Positions 21,244-31,543 of a stretch of 64,000 nucleotides of DNA are shown here, one piece after another; the first letter of the stretch is position 1; each line of letters begins with the position of its first letter. Made by a program: the position numbers and the translations under genes. The stretch comes from Lachnospiraceae bacterium (GTDB lineage Bacteria > Bacillota > Clostridia > Lachnospirales > Lachnospiraceae), in assembly GCA_021205225.1 (NCBI GenBank), contig JAJPXX010000222.1:5298-69297 (forward strand), read 5' to 3'. The notes beneath the pieces were generated by a model. That model ran no database searches, was not told the origin of the DNA, and worked only from the letters and a program-made list of their open reading frames with translations.

Positions 21244-21380
21244 GTTGAAAACCAAACACGTGTGTTGATTCCGGGGACGGTGCCCTGATACAGTATGGGG
21301 CAGAGCGTGAAAAGCTTCTGACGTACAGGCGGACGGGTTTCTTCGGGAGAAGATGCATGCGGAAGAATCAAACCAAAAGG
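21244..21380 (+). ncRNA. rpsB 5' leader (t44/S2-autoregulatory type)
   Basis: AAACACGTGTGTTGATTC...GGTGCC...GCATGCGGAAGAATCAAACC directly upstream of rpsB. Ends pair with each other, resembling the t44 leader. Confidence 0.65.
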
Positions 21381-21389
21381 AGAAAAGAC

Positions 21390-22136
21390 ATGAGTGTAAT
21401 TTCAATGAAACAGTTACTGGAAGCAGGCGTTCATTTTGGCCATCAGACCAGAAGATGGAACCCGAAGATGGCGGAGTACATCTACACAGAGCGCAACGGC
21501 ATCTATATCATCGACCTTCAGAAGTCTGTGGTAAAGGTAGACGAGGCGTGCAGAGCGGTCGCGGATATTGCGGCAAACGGCGGCACGATTCTCTTTGTCG
21601 GTACAAAGAAGCAGGCACAGGATGCGGTACAGACCGAAGCGGAAAGATGCGGGATGTTCTATGTCAATGAGAGATGGCTCGGCGGTATGCTGACGAACTT
21701 CAAGACCATTCAGGCCAGAATCAAATATCTGAAGGATCTGGAGAGACAGCAGGAGGACGGTACCTTTGATGTCCTTCCGAAGAAGGAAGTCATCGCTCTG
21801 AAGAAGAAAATCGAGAAGCTGGAGAAGAACCTTGGCGGTATCAAGGAGATGAAGAGACTCCCGGACGCGATTTTCGTGGTAGATCCGAAGAAAGAGCACA
21901 TCTGCGTACAGGAAGCACATACACTTGGCATTCCGCTGATCGGTATCTGCGATACGAACTGTGATCCGGAAGAGCTTGACTATGTCATTCCGGGCAATGA
22001 CGATGCGATCCGTGCGGTGAAGCTGATCGTTTCCAAGATGGCGGACGCTGTGATCGAGGCAAGACAGGGCTTTGAGGAGGCTGCTCCTGAGGCAGCGGAA
22101 GAAGCTTATGAGGAAGCGCCGGTAGAGGCATTCTAA
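21390..22136 (+). CDS. rpsB: 30S ribosomal protein S2
   Basis: [40 protein letters not shown]. Confidence 0.99.
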   Translation: MSVISMKQLLEAGVHFGHQTRRWNPKMAEYIYTERNGIYIIDLQKSVVKVDEACRAVADIAANGGTILFVGTKKQAQDAVQTEAERCGMFYVNERWLGGMLTNFKTIQARIKYLKDLERQQEDGTFDVLPKKEVIALKKKIEKLEKNLGGIKEMKRLPDAIFVVDPKKEHICVQEAHTLGIPLIGICDTNCDPEELDYVIPGNDDAIRAVKLIVSKMADAVIEARQGFEEAAPEAAEEAYEEAPVEAF

Positions 22137-22307
22137 AGAGGCAGAAATACTTGCAGCTGCGAAAGCACTGAAAAAGATAACTGTAATTGAACGCCAGCCG
22201 TTTCCGGCAGGAAAGGCTGGCGTAATAGCGGAAGGATAAGTCTCGTAACTGTGCGCGTATTAAGCAGTTGCGCAGGATTTGAGTATAGTGCAGGAGGAAT
22301 ATGTGAA

Positions 22308-23249
22308 ATGGCTGTTACAGCAGGTATGGTAAAAGAATTAAGAGAAATGACCGGCGCCGGTATGATGGACTGCAAGAAGGCCCTGACAGCGACGGAAGGA
22401 GATATGGACAAGGCGGTTGAGTGGCTGAGAGAGAAAGGTCTTGCGACTGCGCAGAAGAAGGCTGGCAGAATCGCGGCTGAGGGTCTTGCGAAGGTTCTTG
22501 TATCCGAGGATGGCAAGAGCGCGGTAGCGGTAGAGGTGAACTCTGAGACAGACTTCGTAGCGAAGAATGAGAAGTTCCAGGATTATGTAGCGCAGGTAGC
22601 GGAGCAGGCAATGGAGACCGGGGCGTCTGACATCGAAGGCTTCCTTGCCGAGCCGTGGAAGTTTGATACCACCAAGACGGTAAACGAGGCGCTGGCAGGC
22701 ATGATCGCCGTGATCGGTGAGAACATGAACATCCGTCGTTTTGCTCAGGTAAAGGAAGAGGCTGGTTTTGTTGCTTCCTACACCCATATGGGCGGAAAGA
22801 TCGGCGTGCTGGTAGATGTAGAGACCGATGTGGTCAATGACGCGATCAAAGAGATGGCGAAGAACGTGGCGATGCAGGTAGCAGCGCTGAAGCCGCTCTA
22901 CACCAGCGACAAGGAAGTCAGCGAGGATTACATCGCACATGAGAAAGAGATTCTTCTTGCGCAGATTAAGAACGATCCGAAGGAATCCCAGAAGCCGGAG
23001 AAGGTAATCATGGGCATGATCCAGGGCCGTATCAAGAAAGAGCTCAAAGAGATCTGCCTGCTTGACCAGGTTTATGTAAAGGCAGAGGATGGCAAGCAGT
23101 CTGTAGGTGATTATGTAGCACAGGTAGCGAAGGCAAACGGTGCAAAGATCACGATTAAAGGCTTTGTACGCTATGAGACCGGCGAAGGCATCGAGAAGAA
23201 GCAGGAAGACTTCGCGGCGGAAGTGGCGAAGCAGATGGGCGGCAATTGA
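22308..23249 (+). CDS. tsf: translation elongation factor Ts
   Basis: VKELREMTGAGMMDCKKAL, VNSETDFVAKN. Follows rpsB. Confidence 0.99.
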   Translation: MAVTAGMVKELREMTGAGMMDCKKALTATEGDMDKAVEWLREKGLATAQKKAGRIAAEGLAKVLVSEDGKSAVAVEVNSETDFVAKNEKFQDYVAQVAEQAMETGASDIEGFLAEPWKFDTTKTVNEALAGMIAVIGENMNIRRFAQVKEEAGFVASYTHMGGKIGVLVDVETDVVNDAIKEMAKNVAMQVAALKPLYTSDKEVSEDYIAHEKEILLAQIKNDPKESQKPEKVIMGMIQGRIKKELKEICLLDQVYVKAEDGKQSVGDYVAQVAKANGAKITIKGFVRYETGEGIEKKQEDFAAEVAKQMGGN

Positions 23250-23499
23250 GAGTCTCAGAAAAGGCAGATATAGCCTGAAAATACTTAAGAATATTTTGTA
23301 TATTCTTTGAATGGCAGTTGATTATTGTACAAAGTGTCGCTTTATATAAGCGGCACTTTTTTAACAACAGATATTGTTGATGGAAAAGCTGAACGTAGTA
23401 TAATATGCACACGGGCGCACATATAACCGGTTTTCGCTGGTATATGATTATATATACGGGCGCATAAGGAACGTAATGTCAAGAGGAAGGAGGAGTATT

Positions 23500-24009
23500 A
23501 TGGATTCAAATCTAAAGATTATGGATATGGTGGGAGCTTCACCGGAGCATTCGACGGTTGTTGTGAATTTTGTATCTGCTATCAGAAAGCAGTTAAGAAA
23601 TAGTACCTGTTTTGTATACTCTGATAACGTTCAATATAAGTTCCATGACGAAGAAGGAAAACAGCAAACAGTTATTCCAGACGCGTCAATTAATTGCAGA
23701 GTGAAATCACGTCGGGGAAATTCTTTTATAGATTCACCGCGTTTTGTAATGGAAGTGTTGTCACCGTCAACGGAAAAACAGGATCGCGGTGATAAAATGG
23801 ATATTTATCGCAAACAGGAGATTGAGGAATATTGGATTGTTGACTGGCGCAGCCGTTCTGTTGAAATATATGAGCTGGACTATGAGGAAGACGAACCTAA
23901 ATACTATCTCTGGGATACAATAACGGAGTCTAATAAGGAAAAATTAAAAATCATTCATTTCCCAAATATAAAAATCACCTGGGAAGAATTGTTTGAAGAG
24001 ATTGAATGA
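23500..24009 (+). CDS. Uma2 family PD-(D/E)xK endonuclease-like protein
   Basis: PDASI, VMEVLSPST, KMDIY....IEEYWIVD motifs. AT-rich relative to neighbours. Confidence 0.9.
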   Translation: MDSNLKIMDMVGASPEHSTVVVNFVSAIRKQLRNSTCFVYSDNVQYKFHDEEGKQQTVIPDASINCRVKSRRGNSFIDSPRFVMEVLSPSTEKQDRGDKMDIYRKQEIEEYWIVDWRSRSVEIYELDYEEDEPKYYLWDTITESNKEKLKIIHFPNIKITWEELFEEIE

Positions 24010-24107
24010 TTGTTTTTTCTATGAGGAATCGGATAAGGGAGAAAAATACTCCCTTATTCGATTTTATCATTATGAAGATGTCCAATACAGGTTCTTTTAT
24101 CAGCTCC

Positions 24108-27100
24108 TTAGTTTTCTGAGATATATCGAATCTCTACCGGTATCAGTGCTTCTTCACAGTGTTCTGCAAGATACGCGCGCAGCTTTTCCTGGTCGGGTTC
24201 TTCGCTGCCATAGATGTCTGCGGTGAGTACCAGCTGGTTCTTCTCGGCGTAGCGGACATAGGCTTCGGCATGGTGAATTCCCTCATAGGCGGTGAGAACG
24301 GTTTCCAGACGGTACAGATCGAGGAAGTGCCGTCCTTTGATGCCCTCGTGGATGACGGTTCTTCCGCCCCTCTCCAGCAGATCAATGGAGCCGTCCGGCA
24401 GGATGCGGGCGGTCTTTCCGGTCTGGTAGAGGATGCCGGGACCGTAGGGATTCGTGATCTGATCCAGATAGCCTTCGGTCGGATAGTCCATGATGTAAAG
24501 CTGACCCCAGGCGCCCAGCGGCTGCTTGCGGCAGGTTTCATCAAAGACATAAGCCTTTACCTTTGTATCCGCCAAGACGGTAGGAATCAGGCTGTATCCA
24601 GCTGCCTCGTTGACCTCCCCGACAGTGGTATAATAATGCTTCGGGAAGAGCGACTGCGGCAGATGTTTTTTCAGCCGACGCACGGAAGGCTCGTCCAGCA
24701 TTGCCCTGGTGACCGTCTCCATGGCGATCAGGAAAAGCTTTAGCTGGCTGCCGTCAAAACGATTCTCCCAGTAGCGCAGCTCGTAGAAATAGCCTCGCTC
24801 GTCCGCCATGACCTGAAGATGGAAGGGCAGGGAATCCAGCTGTACCGGCTCCCGTGTCAGAGGCTCACCGCCAATCTCTTCCACATGCAGCAGGTCGCCC
24901 TGGTACTGGAAAAACATTTCATCCGCGTGCAGGGTGGAGATGTAGCAGTTCATGGTATCCATGATCTGGTGTGCCGATTTCTTCAGCAGCTCTGGCACCG
25001 TCTCATGCGGGACATTGGTATAGCGGAAGAAGTAGGTCAGGAACAGAGGACCGGCGATCCTTGCCCAGCGGCTGTCCGTCCGCCCGCTGTGAATGCTGCT
25101 GCTGATTACGTCCTTTTCATTGCTGAAGATGCCGACCGTATAGTTGAACGCGGTCAGGAAGAGTACATTCTCCGATACTGCGTTTTCCCGGCAGAAAGCG
25201 AGCAGCTTCTTTTTTGTCAGACTTGAAAAGCGGCCCTTCAGAGAGGCATTCTGACCGGTTTCCAGGTCATGACAGTCTTTTCTGGTGAGGATGCTTTTGC
25301 GGATGCGGAAATCCTTCATCAGAGTCTGGAAATACTTCTCGTTTTCCGTCCGCAGACCGTCGGCATCGCGTTTTTTCTCATCCAGGATATACTCATAGAA
25401 GGAGTAAGTCTCCTTTTCCACCGGCTTCCCCTGGTACAGGGCGTCAAGATCCTCAAAGAGAACGTGCATGGTCGTTCCGTCGCCGACAATGTGCGCGAGA
25501 TCGAAAAACAGATAATTTGCGGAATCCGTCTCGTAAATCGCGATGTGGTACAGCGGCTCATTTGGCGTGTACATATAGGGAACAAGCAGATTCTCTCTTG
25601 TTTTCGCCCATTCGCCGTCACAGAGTTTCACAATCGGAATATCAATCTTCCGGCTGTCGTCGCGGAAGTTTTTGAAAGCCCCCTCGTGGAACTGGACGAT
25701 ATTTTTCATGGCAGGATGTACGTCAAACAAATCCTCGATTGCTTTTTTCAGTCGGGGAAGGTCGATTTTGCTCCCAAGCCGGAAGAAGTAAGGCAGGTTC
25801 GCAGTGGTGTTTCCACGTACGACGTATGCGAAGTAAAGCTGCAGGTTCGTGAGCGGGGAAAACTCACGCGGCGTATAGTCGATCGATTCGCGCTTCCGGG
25901 ACTGCAAACAGAGTGCCTCCAGCTTTTCTACCGTAGTATTGTTCATCAGCTCGTTTAAGGTGATGGAAAACTGCAGCTTTTCGTACAGGTCTGCCAGCAG
26001 CATGACGCTGCCCATGGAATCCAGACCGGCTTCATAGATGTCGGTATCAATACCAAAGCGGCTGTGGCCGAGCTGCGCGGCAATCATATCATAAATCTGC
26101 TGCTGAAGCTCATTTTCCGGCTTCAGGGCGCTTGTCTCTGTCTCCAGATTGCTCTTTTTCTGCTCAAAATAATGGCTGCGCAGAATTTTCTTAGAAGAGG
26201 TCTTCGGGAAAGGCGTATCCCGCAGAGTAAAGCGCGCGATTTTCTTATAGGAAGGAAGATCCTGGTTGCGCCGGTTGATGATCTCGGATATGGCGGAATG
26301 AATATCATGGACATTCGCCGCGTCCGCGTATTTAAAATTCGGGAAGACTTCCGCCACAATCGCATCGTCCTCGCCATACACGAGAATTTCTTCGATCAGC
26401 TGTTCGCCCTCAAAGAGATTTTCCAGCTGCTCCGGCGCTACATTTTCTCCATTGCTAAGGACGATCAGATTCTTCTTGCGGCCGGTGAGCCAGAGAAAGC
26501 CGTCCTCATCGACATAGCCGAGGTCTCCGGTGCAGAGCCAGCCGTCTTCGGTCATGACCTCAGCGGTGCGTTCCGGTTCTTTGTAATAGCCCATCATGAC
26601 GGACGGGCTTTTGACCTGGATTTCTCCTTCCACAATGCGCACCTGGCAGCCCTTCACGAGCCGTCCGACAGAAGAGACCTTGTCGGGACGGTTCCAGTCT
26701 GCGGAGGCGATTTTCGGCGCGCATTCGGACATACCGTAGCCCTGCGCGATCGGTACGCCGATCCGCCAGAAATTGGCTGCAAGCTCCGGTGCGAGATAGC
26801 CGCCGCCGGTGGTGATCTGGCGCATATTTTTTCCAAGAACCTCGGAACGGATTTCAAAGATAGAGCGCTTTGGCTCCTGTCTGGAGAGCAGGGCGATGCG
26901 GTTATACAGAGCCTTTGCAATCATCGGGACGACGCGCATCTCTGTGGGCGCGAACAGCTTCAGGTGTTCAGAAAGACGGGTCATGTCCTGATTTAAGGCC
27001 AGAACACTGCCGTAGCGAAGGGTAGAAAGAACATCGCAGTTGATACAGAAAACATGGTGAATCGGCAGAACGTTGAGCAGAATCCGGTTCTGTGCGTCGT

Positions 27101-27713
27101 CATCCGCGTCCGCGTTGAAAACATTGTCGATCAGATTCGCGTTGGAGAGCATGACGCCCTTGCTCTTGCCAGTGGTTCCGGAGGTGAAAAGCACCATCGC
27201 GCAGTCCTTTTCCCTTACATCTGCCGGGACAGCCTGTCCTTTATACGCGGTCAGAATGCCGTCCAGACAGGGGACGTGCTTGCCGTGCTGCAGGGAAATA
27301 TACGAGGTAACCGTCGGACAGAGCGGACGGGCGCCTTCCACAACCGGATGGTGCTCCCAGTCATAAAACAGGATATCGACGTCGGAGCGGTTCAGGCAAT
27401 CCGCCAGCCCCTGATAATCCAGCTGGACATCCAGCGGAATCACGACATTCCCATGGCTCATAACGCTAAGAAGAACGGTGAGATACCCGTGGCTGCTGCC
27501 GCCCAAGATGGCGACACGCATTTTGCGGCCGACCGTCTTATCCTGTGCTTCCAGCCATGCGGAAAACGCGTCGCATTCCTCCATGAAGGTCCGGTAAGAG
27601 ACTTCATGCAGGATGTCCTGCGTCTCGTAGCGCAGGAAAATCCGACTGTCGTATTCCCGTCCTGCGTTATGTAACAGATCATAGATCGTTTTTGTCTGAT
27701 TTTTTGTAATCAT
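24108..27713 (-). CDS. NRPS-like multidomain protein: acyl-CoA ligase-type A domain, thiolation domain, condensation domain, vestigial A-domain C-half
   Basis: FTSGTTGKSKG, YGMSE, TGDLG, GRKKNLIVLSNGENVAPE, PKTSSKKI. Carrier motif GLDS. Condensation motif AHIVGDG. Degenerate tail (PLGAWGQLYI, LYQTGKTARILPDG). Confidence 0.88.
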   Translation of the reverse strand: MITKNQTKTIYDLLHNAGREYDSRIFLRYETQDILHEVSYRTFMEECDAFSAWLEAQDKTVGRKMRVAILGGSSHGYLTVLLSVMSHGNVVIPLDVQLDYQGLADCLNRSDVDILFYDWEHHPVVEGARPLCPTVTSYISLQHGKHVPCLDGILTAYKGQAVPADVREKDCAMVLFTSGTTGKSKGVMLSNANLIDNVFNADADDDAQNRILLNVLPIHHVFCINCDVLSTLRYGSVLALNQDMTRLSEHLKLFAPTEMRVVPMIAKALYNRIALLSRQEPKRSIFEIRSEVLGKNMRQITTGGGYLAPELAANFWRIGVPIAQGYGMSECAPKIASADWNRPDKVSSVGRLVKGCQVRIVEGEIQVKSPSVMMGYYKEPERTAEVMTEDGWLCTGDLGYVDEDGFLWLTGRKKNLIVLSNGENVAPEQLENLFEGEQLIEEILVYGEDDAIVAEVFPNFKYADAANVHDIHSAISEIINRRNQDLPSYKKIARFTLRDTPFPKTSSKKILRSHYFEQKKSNLETETSALKPENELQQQIYDMIAAQLGHSRFGIDTDIYEAGLDSMGSVMLLADLYEKLQFSITLNELMNNTTVEKLEALCLQSRKRESIDYTPREFSPLTNLQLYFAYVVRGNTTANLPYFFRLGSKIDLPRLKKAIEDLFDVHPAMKNIVQFHEGAFKNFRDDSRKIDIPIVKLCDGEWAKTRENLLVPYMYTPNEPLYHIAIYETDSANYLFFDLAHIVGDGTTMHVLFEDLDALYQGKPVEKETYSFYEYILDEKKRDADGLRTENEKYFQTLMKDFRIRKSILTRKDCHDLETGQNASLKGRFSSLTKKKLLAFCRENAVSENVLFLTAFNYTVGIFSNEKDVISSSIHSGRTDSRWARIAGPLFLTYFFRYTNVPHETVPELLKKSAHQIMDTMNCYISTLHADEMFFQYQGDLLHVEEIGGEPLTREPVQLDSLPFHLQVMADERGYFYELRYWENRFDGSQLKLFLIAMETVTRAMLDEPSVRRLKKHLPQSLFPKHYYTTVGEVNEAAGYSLIPTVLADTKVKAYVFDETCRKQPLGAWGQLYIMDYPTEGYLDQITNPYGPGILYQTGKTARILPDGSIDLLERGGRTVIHEGIKGRHFLDLYRLETVLTAYEGIHHAEAYVRYAEKNQLVLTADIYGSEEPDQEKLRAYLAEHCEEALIPVEIRYISEN

Positions 27714-27883
27714 AGAAAATCCTCACTTATTGTTGCTGCTTGGAATCGTTACGTTATGGAAAAAATAACAATAATTAACATCTTATTGTCTTTTACCACT
27801 ATAGCAAGTTTGAAGGAGCTTTTCAAGCAAATTTTTATACACATATATAAACAGAACTTTTGAAAAACATATATTTAAATAGA

Positions 27884-27912
27884 TTGCAATCTGCATACAA
27901 TTGTGATATATT
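27884..27912 (+). promoter_or_regulatory. toxin-antitoxin promoter with palindromic candidate operator
   Basis: TTGCAA-17 bp-TATATT with the palindrome ACAATTGT in the spacer. Confidence 0.55.
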
Positions 27913-27948
27913 GATTTAAAAATTAATACAGGATAAGGAGTGATTATT

Positions 27949-28218
27949 ATGGCACAGGCAACATTGACCGCAAGAGTAGACGAAAGAGATAAGACCAGAT
28001 TTGACTCTTTTTGCTCAAATGTCGGTTTGACGACATCTTCTGCGATTAACATATTTGTAAAAGCGGTTCTTCGGGAAAATCGTATTCCGTTTGACATCGG
28101 ATATGATCCGGATCCTTTTTACTCCGATGCGAATCTTGCATATATTGAAAAATCGGTAAAGGAATTACGTGAGGGAAAAGGCCATGCGCATGATCTGATA
28201 GAGGTGGACGATGAGTGA
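27949..28218 (+). CDS. RelB/DinJ family antitoxin
   Basis: ribbon-helix-helix-type N-terminus (LTARVD..DK..F..FC..VGLTTSSAINIFVKAVLRENRIPF) and acidic C-terminus. Confidence 0.9.
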   Translation: MAQATLTARVDERDKTRFDSFCSNVGLTTSSAINIFVKAVLRENRIPFDIGYDPDPFYSDANLAYIEKSVKELREGKGHAHDLIEVDDE

Positions 28219-28480
28219 AAAAATATGGTCAGACGATGCATGGGAAGATTATTTGTACTGGCAGAGTCAGGATAAAAAAACATTAAGCCGTATAAATAAG
28301 CTCATTAGAGATATCGAACGCAATGGCTGTAGCAAAGGTATAGGGAAACCAGAACCTCTTTCCGGAAATTTGCGTGGGGAATTCAGCCGCCGTATCAATG
28401 ACCAGGATCGTCTTGTTTATCATATGGAAGATGGACGTATCTATATAGCCCATTGCAGAGGGCATTATGGTGATAAATGA
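28211..28480 (+). CDS. yoeB: Txe/YoeB family toxin
   Basis: AWEDYLYWQSQDKK, GIGKPEPL, SRRINDQDRLVY. Overlaps the antitoxin stop. Confidence 0.93.
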   Translation: MSEKIWSDDAWEDYLYWQSQDKKTLSRINKLIRDIERNGCSKGIGKPEPLSGNLRGEFSRRINDQDRLVYHMEDGRIYIAHCRGHYGDK

Positions 28481-28599
28481 ACGATGCCTGACAGATTGTT
28501 TCAGGATAAAGAGATGCAGTTTTTGTGCGAATCAAGATTGAGTATGCAAAACGGCTGATATTGGAAAAGCAGATGAGTTTTACGCAGAAGGGGAATACT

Positions 28600-29568
28600 A
28601 TGATTCAGGAGATAGGAAAACATAGATTTCGTAATGAATATCAGCCCTGCGCACAGCCCAAGGCGGACAGCAGGGTTTTGTTTTACCGGGGAAGGGAAAT
28701 CTTTGTAAAGTGTGAGGAAGATTCGATTTCCTTTCTGAGCTATGAGGAAGTCATGCGTGTCTGCCCTTATCCGGCTGAGAAAGCGACCTTTTTGTTTACG
28801 ATTGACGGAACGGACTACTTTCTGTTCCGGGAGTTTGGAGAAGAGCGGATTGACATTTCCAGCCTGGAACGAACGGAGCCGGATGAACACCAGGGACATG
28901 ACAGCCCCGAAGGGAAAGACAGCTCCGGCAGCTATGGGGAAGCTTTATGGAATGCGGATGGTCTGCCGGAATTGTTTCCAGGCTATACCTGGGAGAAAAT
29001 CGAACTCATGCGCGCTGCCGGGCCGAAAGCGGCGGCCTTTGCGGGTGTTACGGGGATGCAGCTCTATGGCTGGTACAAAAGCCGCCGTTTCTGCCCGGCC
29101 TGCGGCCGACGCATGGTTCACTCAGAAAAGGAGCGCATGATGCACTGCGAGGCCTGCGGACAGATGGAATATCCGAAAATCTGTCCGGCAGTGATTGTCG
29201 GCGTGACCTGCAGGGATAAAATCCTTCTCACGAAGTATGCCGGGCGTTCGTTCAGAAATTATGCGCTGATTGCCGGGTTTGCGGAAATCGGTGAGACGAT
29301 TGAGGAGACCGTGGAGCGCGAGGTGATGGAAGAGGTCGGGCTGAAGGTCAAAAATATTCGTTACTACAAAAGCCAGCCATGGTCCTTCACAGATACGCTT
29401 CTGATGGGCTTCTTTGCAGAAGTAGACGGAGACAGCGGCATCACGCTGGATGAGACGGAGCTCTCGGAGGGCAGGTGGTGTACGCGCGACGAGGTGCCGG
29501 AGAACGATGGCGTGAGCCTGACGCGGGAGATGATGAGTGTTTTCAAGCATCATCAGATTCCTTTTTAG
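28600..29568 (+). CDS. nudC: NAD(+) diphosphatase
   Basis: zinc ribbon FCPACG...CEACG, YPKICPAVIV, Nudix box AGFAEIGETIEETVEREVMEEVG, SQPWSF. Confidence 0.93.
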   Translation: MIQEIGKHRFRNEYQPCAQPKADSRVLFYRGREIFVKCEEDSISFLSYEEVMRVCPYPAEKATFLFTIDGTDYFLFREFGEERIDISSLERTEPDEHQGHDSPEGKDSSGSYGEALWNADGLPELFPGYTWEKIELMRAAGPKAAAFAGVTGMQLYGWYKSRRFCPACGRRMVHSEKERMMHCEACGQMEYPKICPAVIVGVTCRDKILLTKYAGRSFRNYALIAGFAEIGETIEETVEREVMEEVGLKVKNIRYYKSQPWSFTDTLLMGFFAEVDGDSGITLDETELSEGRWCTRDEVPENDGVSLTREMMSVFKHHQIPF

Positions 29569-29640
29569 TGCGGAAATTCAGGAGAATGCTGCAGGAGCTT
29601 CGCATACAGAGAAATTGGGAAGGAAAGAAAGAAGACGGCT

Positions 29641-30855
29641 ATGGATTATGAAGCTTTGCTGGATCTGGCGACGGAGTTGGGATATCAGCTCGCGATGAAC
29701 GGCGCGGAGACATTTCGCGTCGAAGAGAGCATTGTTCGGATACTGAGGTCTTATGGGGCATTGGCGGAAGCCTTTGCCATTCCGAACTGTCTGACGGTCA
29801 GTATCCGCACGCCGGACGGAAATGCCCTGACCCGGATGCGCCGGATTGGCTATCACGGAAACAACCTGGACGGTGTGGAGAAGCTCAGCAATCTCAGCCG
29901 CAGGATTTGCCGGGAAAAGCCGGAGCCGGTCCTCATAGAACGCTGGCTGGAGGAGACAAAAGCGCAGCGTATGGAATTTTCCTGGAAGATAAAGCTGCTT
30001 GGCAGCTTTCTGGGAGCGGGCGGATTTTCTATCCTTTTTGGCGGAACATGGCGGGATGCGCTTTGTGCGGGTGTCTGCGGCCTGGTGATCGGAGTGACTG
30101 ATACGATTCTGGATCGATTTCACGCGAATCCATTTTTCCGCACGATTCTGGCGGCTTTTCTGATGGCGGTTCCCGCTTATGCCATGGGCGCGTATGGGAT
30201 TGCGGACAATGCGGATGCGGTGGTTATCGGCGCATTGATGCTGCTGGTTCCGGGACTGCTTTTTACAAATGCCATGCGGGATATTATTTTTGGCGATACC
30301 AATTCCGGCACCAACCGGATTGTGCAGGTCTTTCTGATTGCTGCAGCGATCGCACTGGGCACCGGCGCCGCCTGGAACCTGGCGGAAACGCTGTGGGGGA
30401 TTCCTCTTGCGGCATCTGAACCGGGGTACCATTATATTCTTCAGGCGATTGCCTGTTTTATCGCCTGCGCAGGCTTTTCGATGCTGTTTAACATCCACGG
30501 GATTGGCGCTTTGCTTTGCTGCCTGGGCGGAATGCTCTCCTGGTCAGTGTATTTTTTTGCCCTGCGCTTTGGCAGTGCGGATCTGACGGCTTATTTTCTG
30601 GCGTCCGTGTTTGCCGCGGCCTATTCGGAAATCATGGCGCGCATTCGCAAATTTCCGGCGATTTCCTATCTGGTCGTCTCCATTTTTCCGCTGATACCAG
30701 GGGCGAGCGTATATTACACGATGAATTACATCGTGCGCCAGGAGACAGAAAGCGTGTATGGACAGGGCTTGTATACTGTTGCGGTCGCCGGAATCATCGC
30801 GGTCGCCATTTTGATGGTATCGACGATTGCGCGGTGGGGGAGCCTGAAGAAGTGA
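29641..30855 (+). CDS. threonine/serine exporter family protein (ThrE + ThrE_2 fused)
   Basis: GAETFRVEE, LLVPGLLFTNAMRD, FPLIPGASVY in two related membrane halves. Confidence 0.9.
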   Translation: MDYEALLDLATELGYQLAMNGAETFRVEESIVRILRSYGALAEAFAIPNCLTVSIRTPDGNALTRMRRIGYHGNNLDGVEKLSNLSRRICREKPEPVLIERWLEETKAQRMEFSWKIKLLGSFLGAGGFSILFGGTWRDALCAGVCGLVIGVTDTILDRFHANPFFRTILAAFLMAVPAYAMGAYGIADNADAVVIGALMLLVPGLLFTNAMRDIIFGDTNSGTNRIVQVFLIAAAIALGTGAAWNLAETLWGIPLAASEPGYHYILQAIACFIACAGFSMLFNIHGIGALLCCLGGMLSWSVYFFALRFGSADLTAYFLASVFAAAYSEIMARIRKFPAISYLVVSIFPLIPGASVYYTMNYIVRQETESVYGQGLYTVAVAGIIAVAILMVSTIARWGSLKK

Positions 30856-31035
30856 GAATGGCGGCAGCTTTGCGCAAGACCATCGAAGTGAAGACCTGCA
30901 GCTCGATGCTTTGAATCGTTATGAAATAGCTGTAATAAGATTCCAACATAAATTTCAGGAAGCCGGTGCAGACTAAGGTAGAGAGAAAAAGACAGATGAC
31001 AGGATACACTCTGTCAGAAAGGCGGCTTTCTGCCA

Positions 31036-31428
31036 ATGAAAAATCGATTTATCCGCTGCGGGATGTATGGATGGTGTCTGGAGGTTCTCTGGACCGGACT
31101 GCATTCGCTCGCTCACCACGATCCGAAGCTGATGGGGTTTTCTTCCCTGCATATGTTTCCTATTTATGGTCTGGCGTCTCTGATCGCGCCGCTTTCGGGT
31201 GCTTTGAAGCGATTCAATACATTTACGAGAGGCCTGATTTATATGGTTGGTATTTTTGCTGTGGAATATTCATCCGGAATGTGGCTGAAGAAGAGAGACC
31301 GATGCCCCTGGGACTACAGTGATTCCCCCTATCATGTGAATGGAGTGATCCGGCTCGACTATGCGCCGATCTGGTTTCTGACCGGTCTGTTTTTTGAAAA
31401 AGCAGGAAAGGCATCTTCGGAGCGCTGA
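31036..31428 (+). CDS. small membrane protein of the putative ABC-permease (CmpB/DUF1113-like) family
   Basis: GWCLEV, MFPIYG, VEYSSG..L, CPWDYS, GVIRLDYAPIW motifs. Confidence 0.75.
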   Translation: MKNRFIRCGMYGWCLEVLWTGLHSLAHHDPKLMGFSSLHMFPIYGLASLIAPLSGALKRFNTFTRGLIYMVGIFAVEYSSGMWLKKRDRCPWDYSDSPYHVNGVIRLDYAPIWFLTGLFFEKAGKASSER

Positions 31429-31543
31429 AAAAGCGGGCGGAGATGCTTTCACTCCGGTAAAAAACAATAGTGTACTGCGAAAATGTATGATTGCTTACCG
31501 ACGCAGGACAGATAAGAATGTGAAATATGAGGAGTAGATTTTT

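Noticed and set aside
23405..23470. Direct repeat ACGGGCGCA x2 flanking a hairpin upstream of Uma2, considered as an att site or mini-CRISPR
   Set aside because: Only two 9-bp copies, no partner at the other island end and no cas or integrase gene.
27949..28480. RelB/DinJ antitoxin paired with a YoeB toxin as a novel hybrid
   Set aside because: Such mixed pairings within the RelE superfamily are common in Firmicutes.
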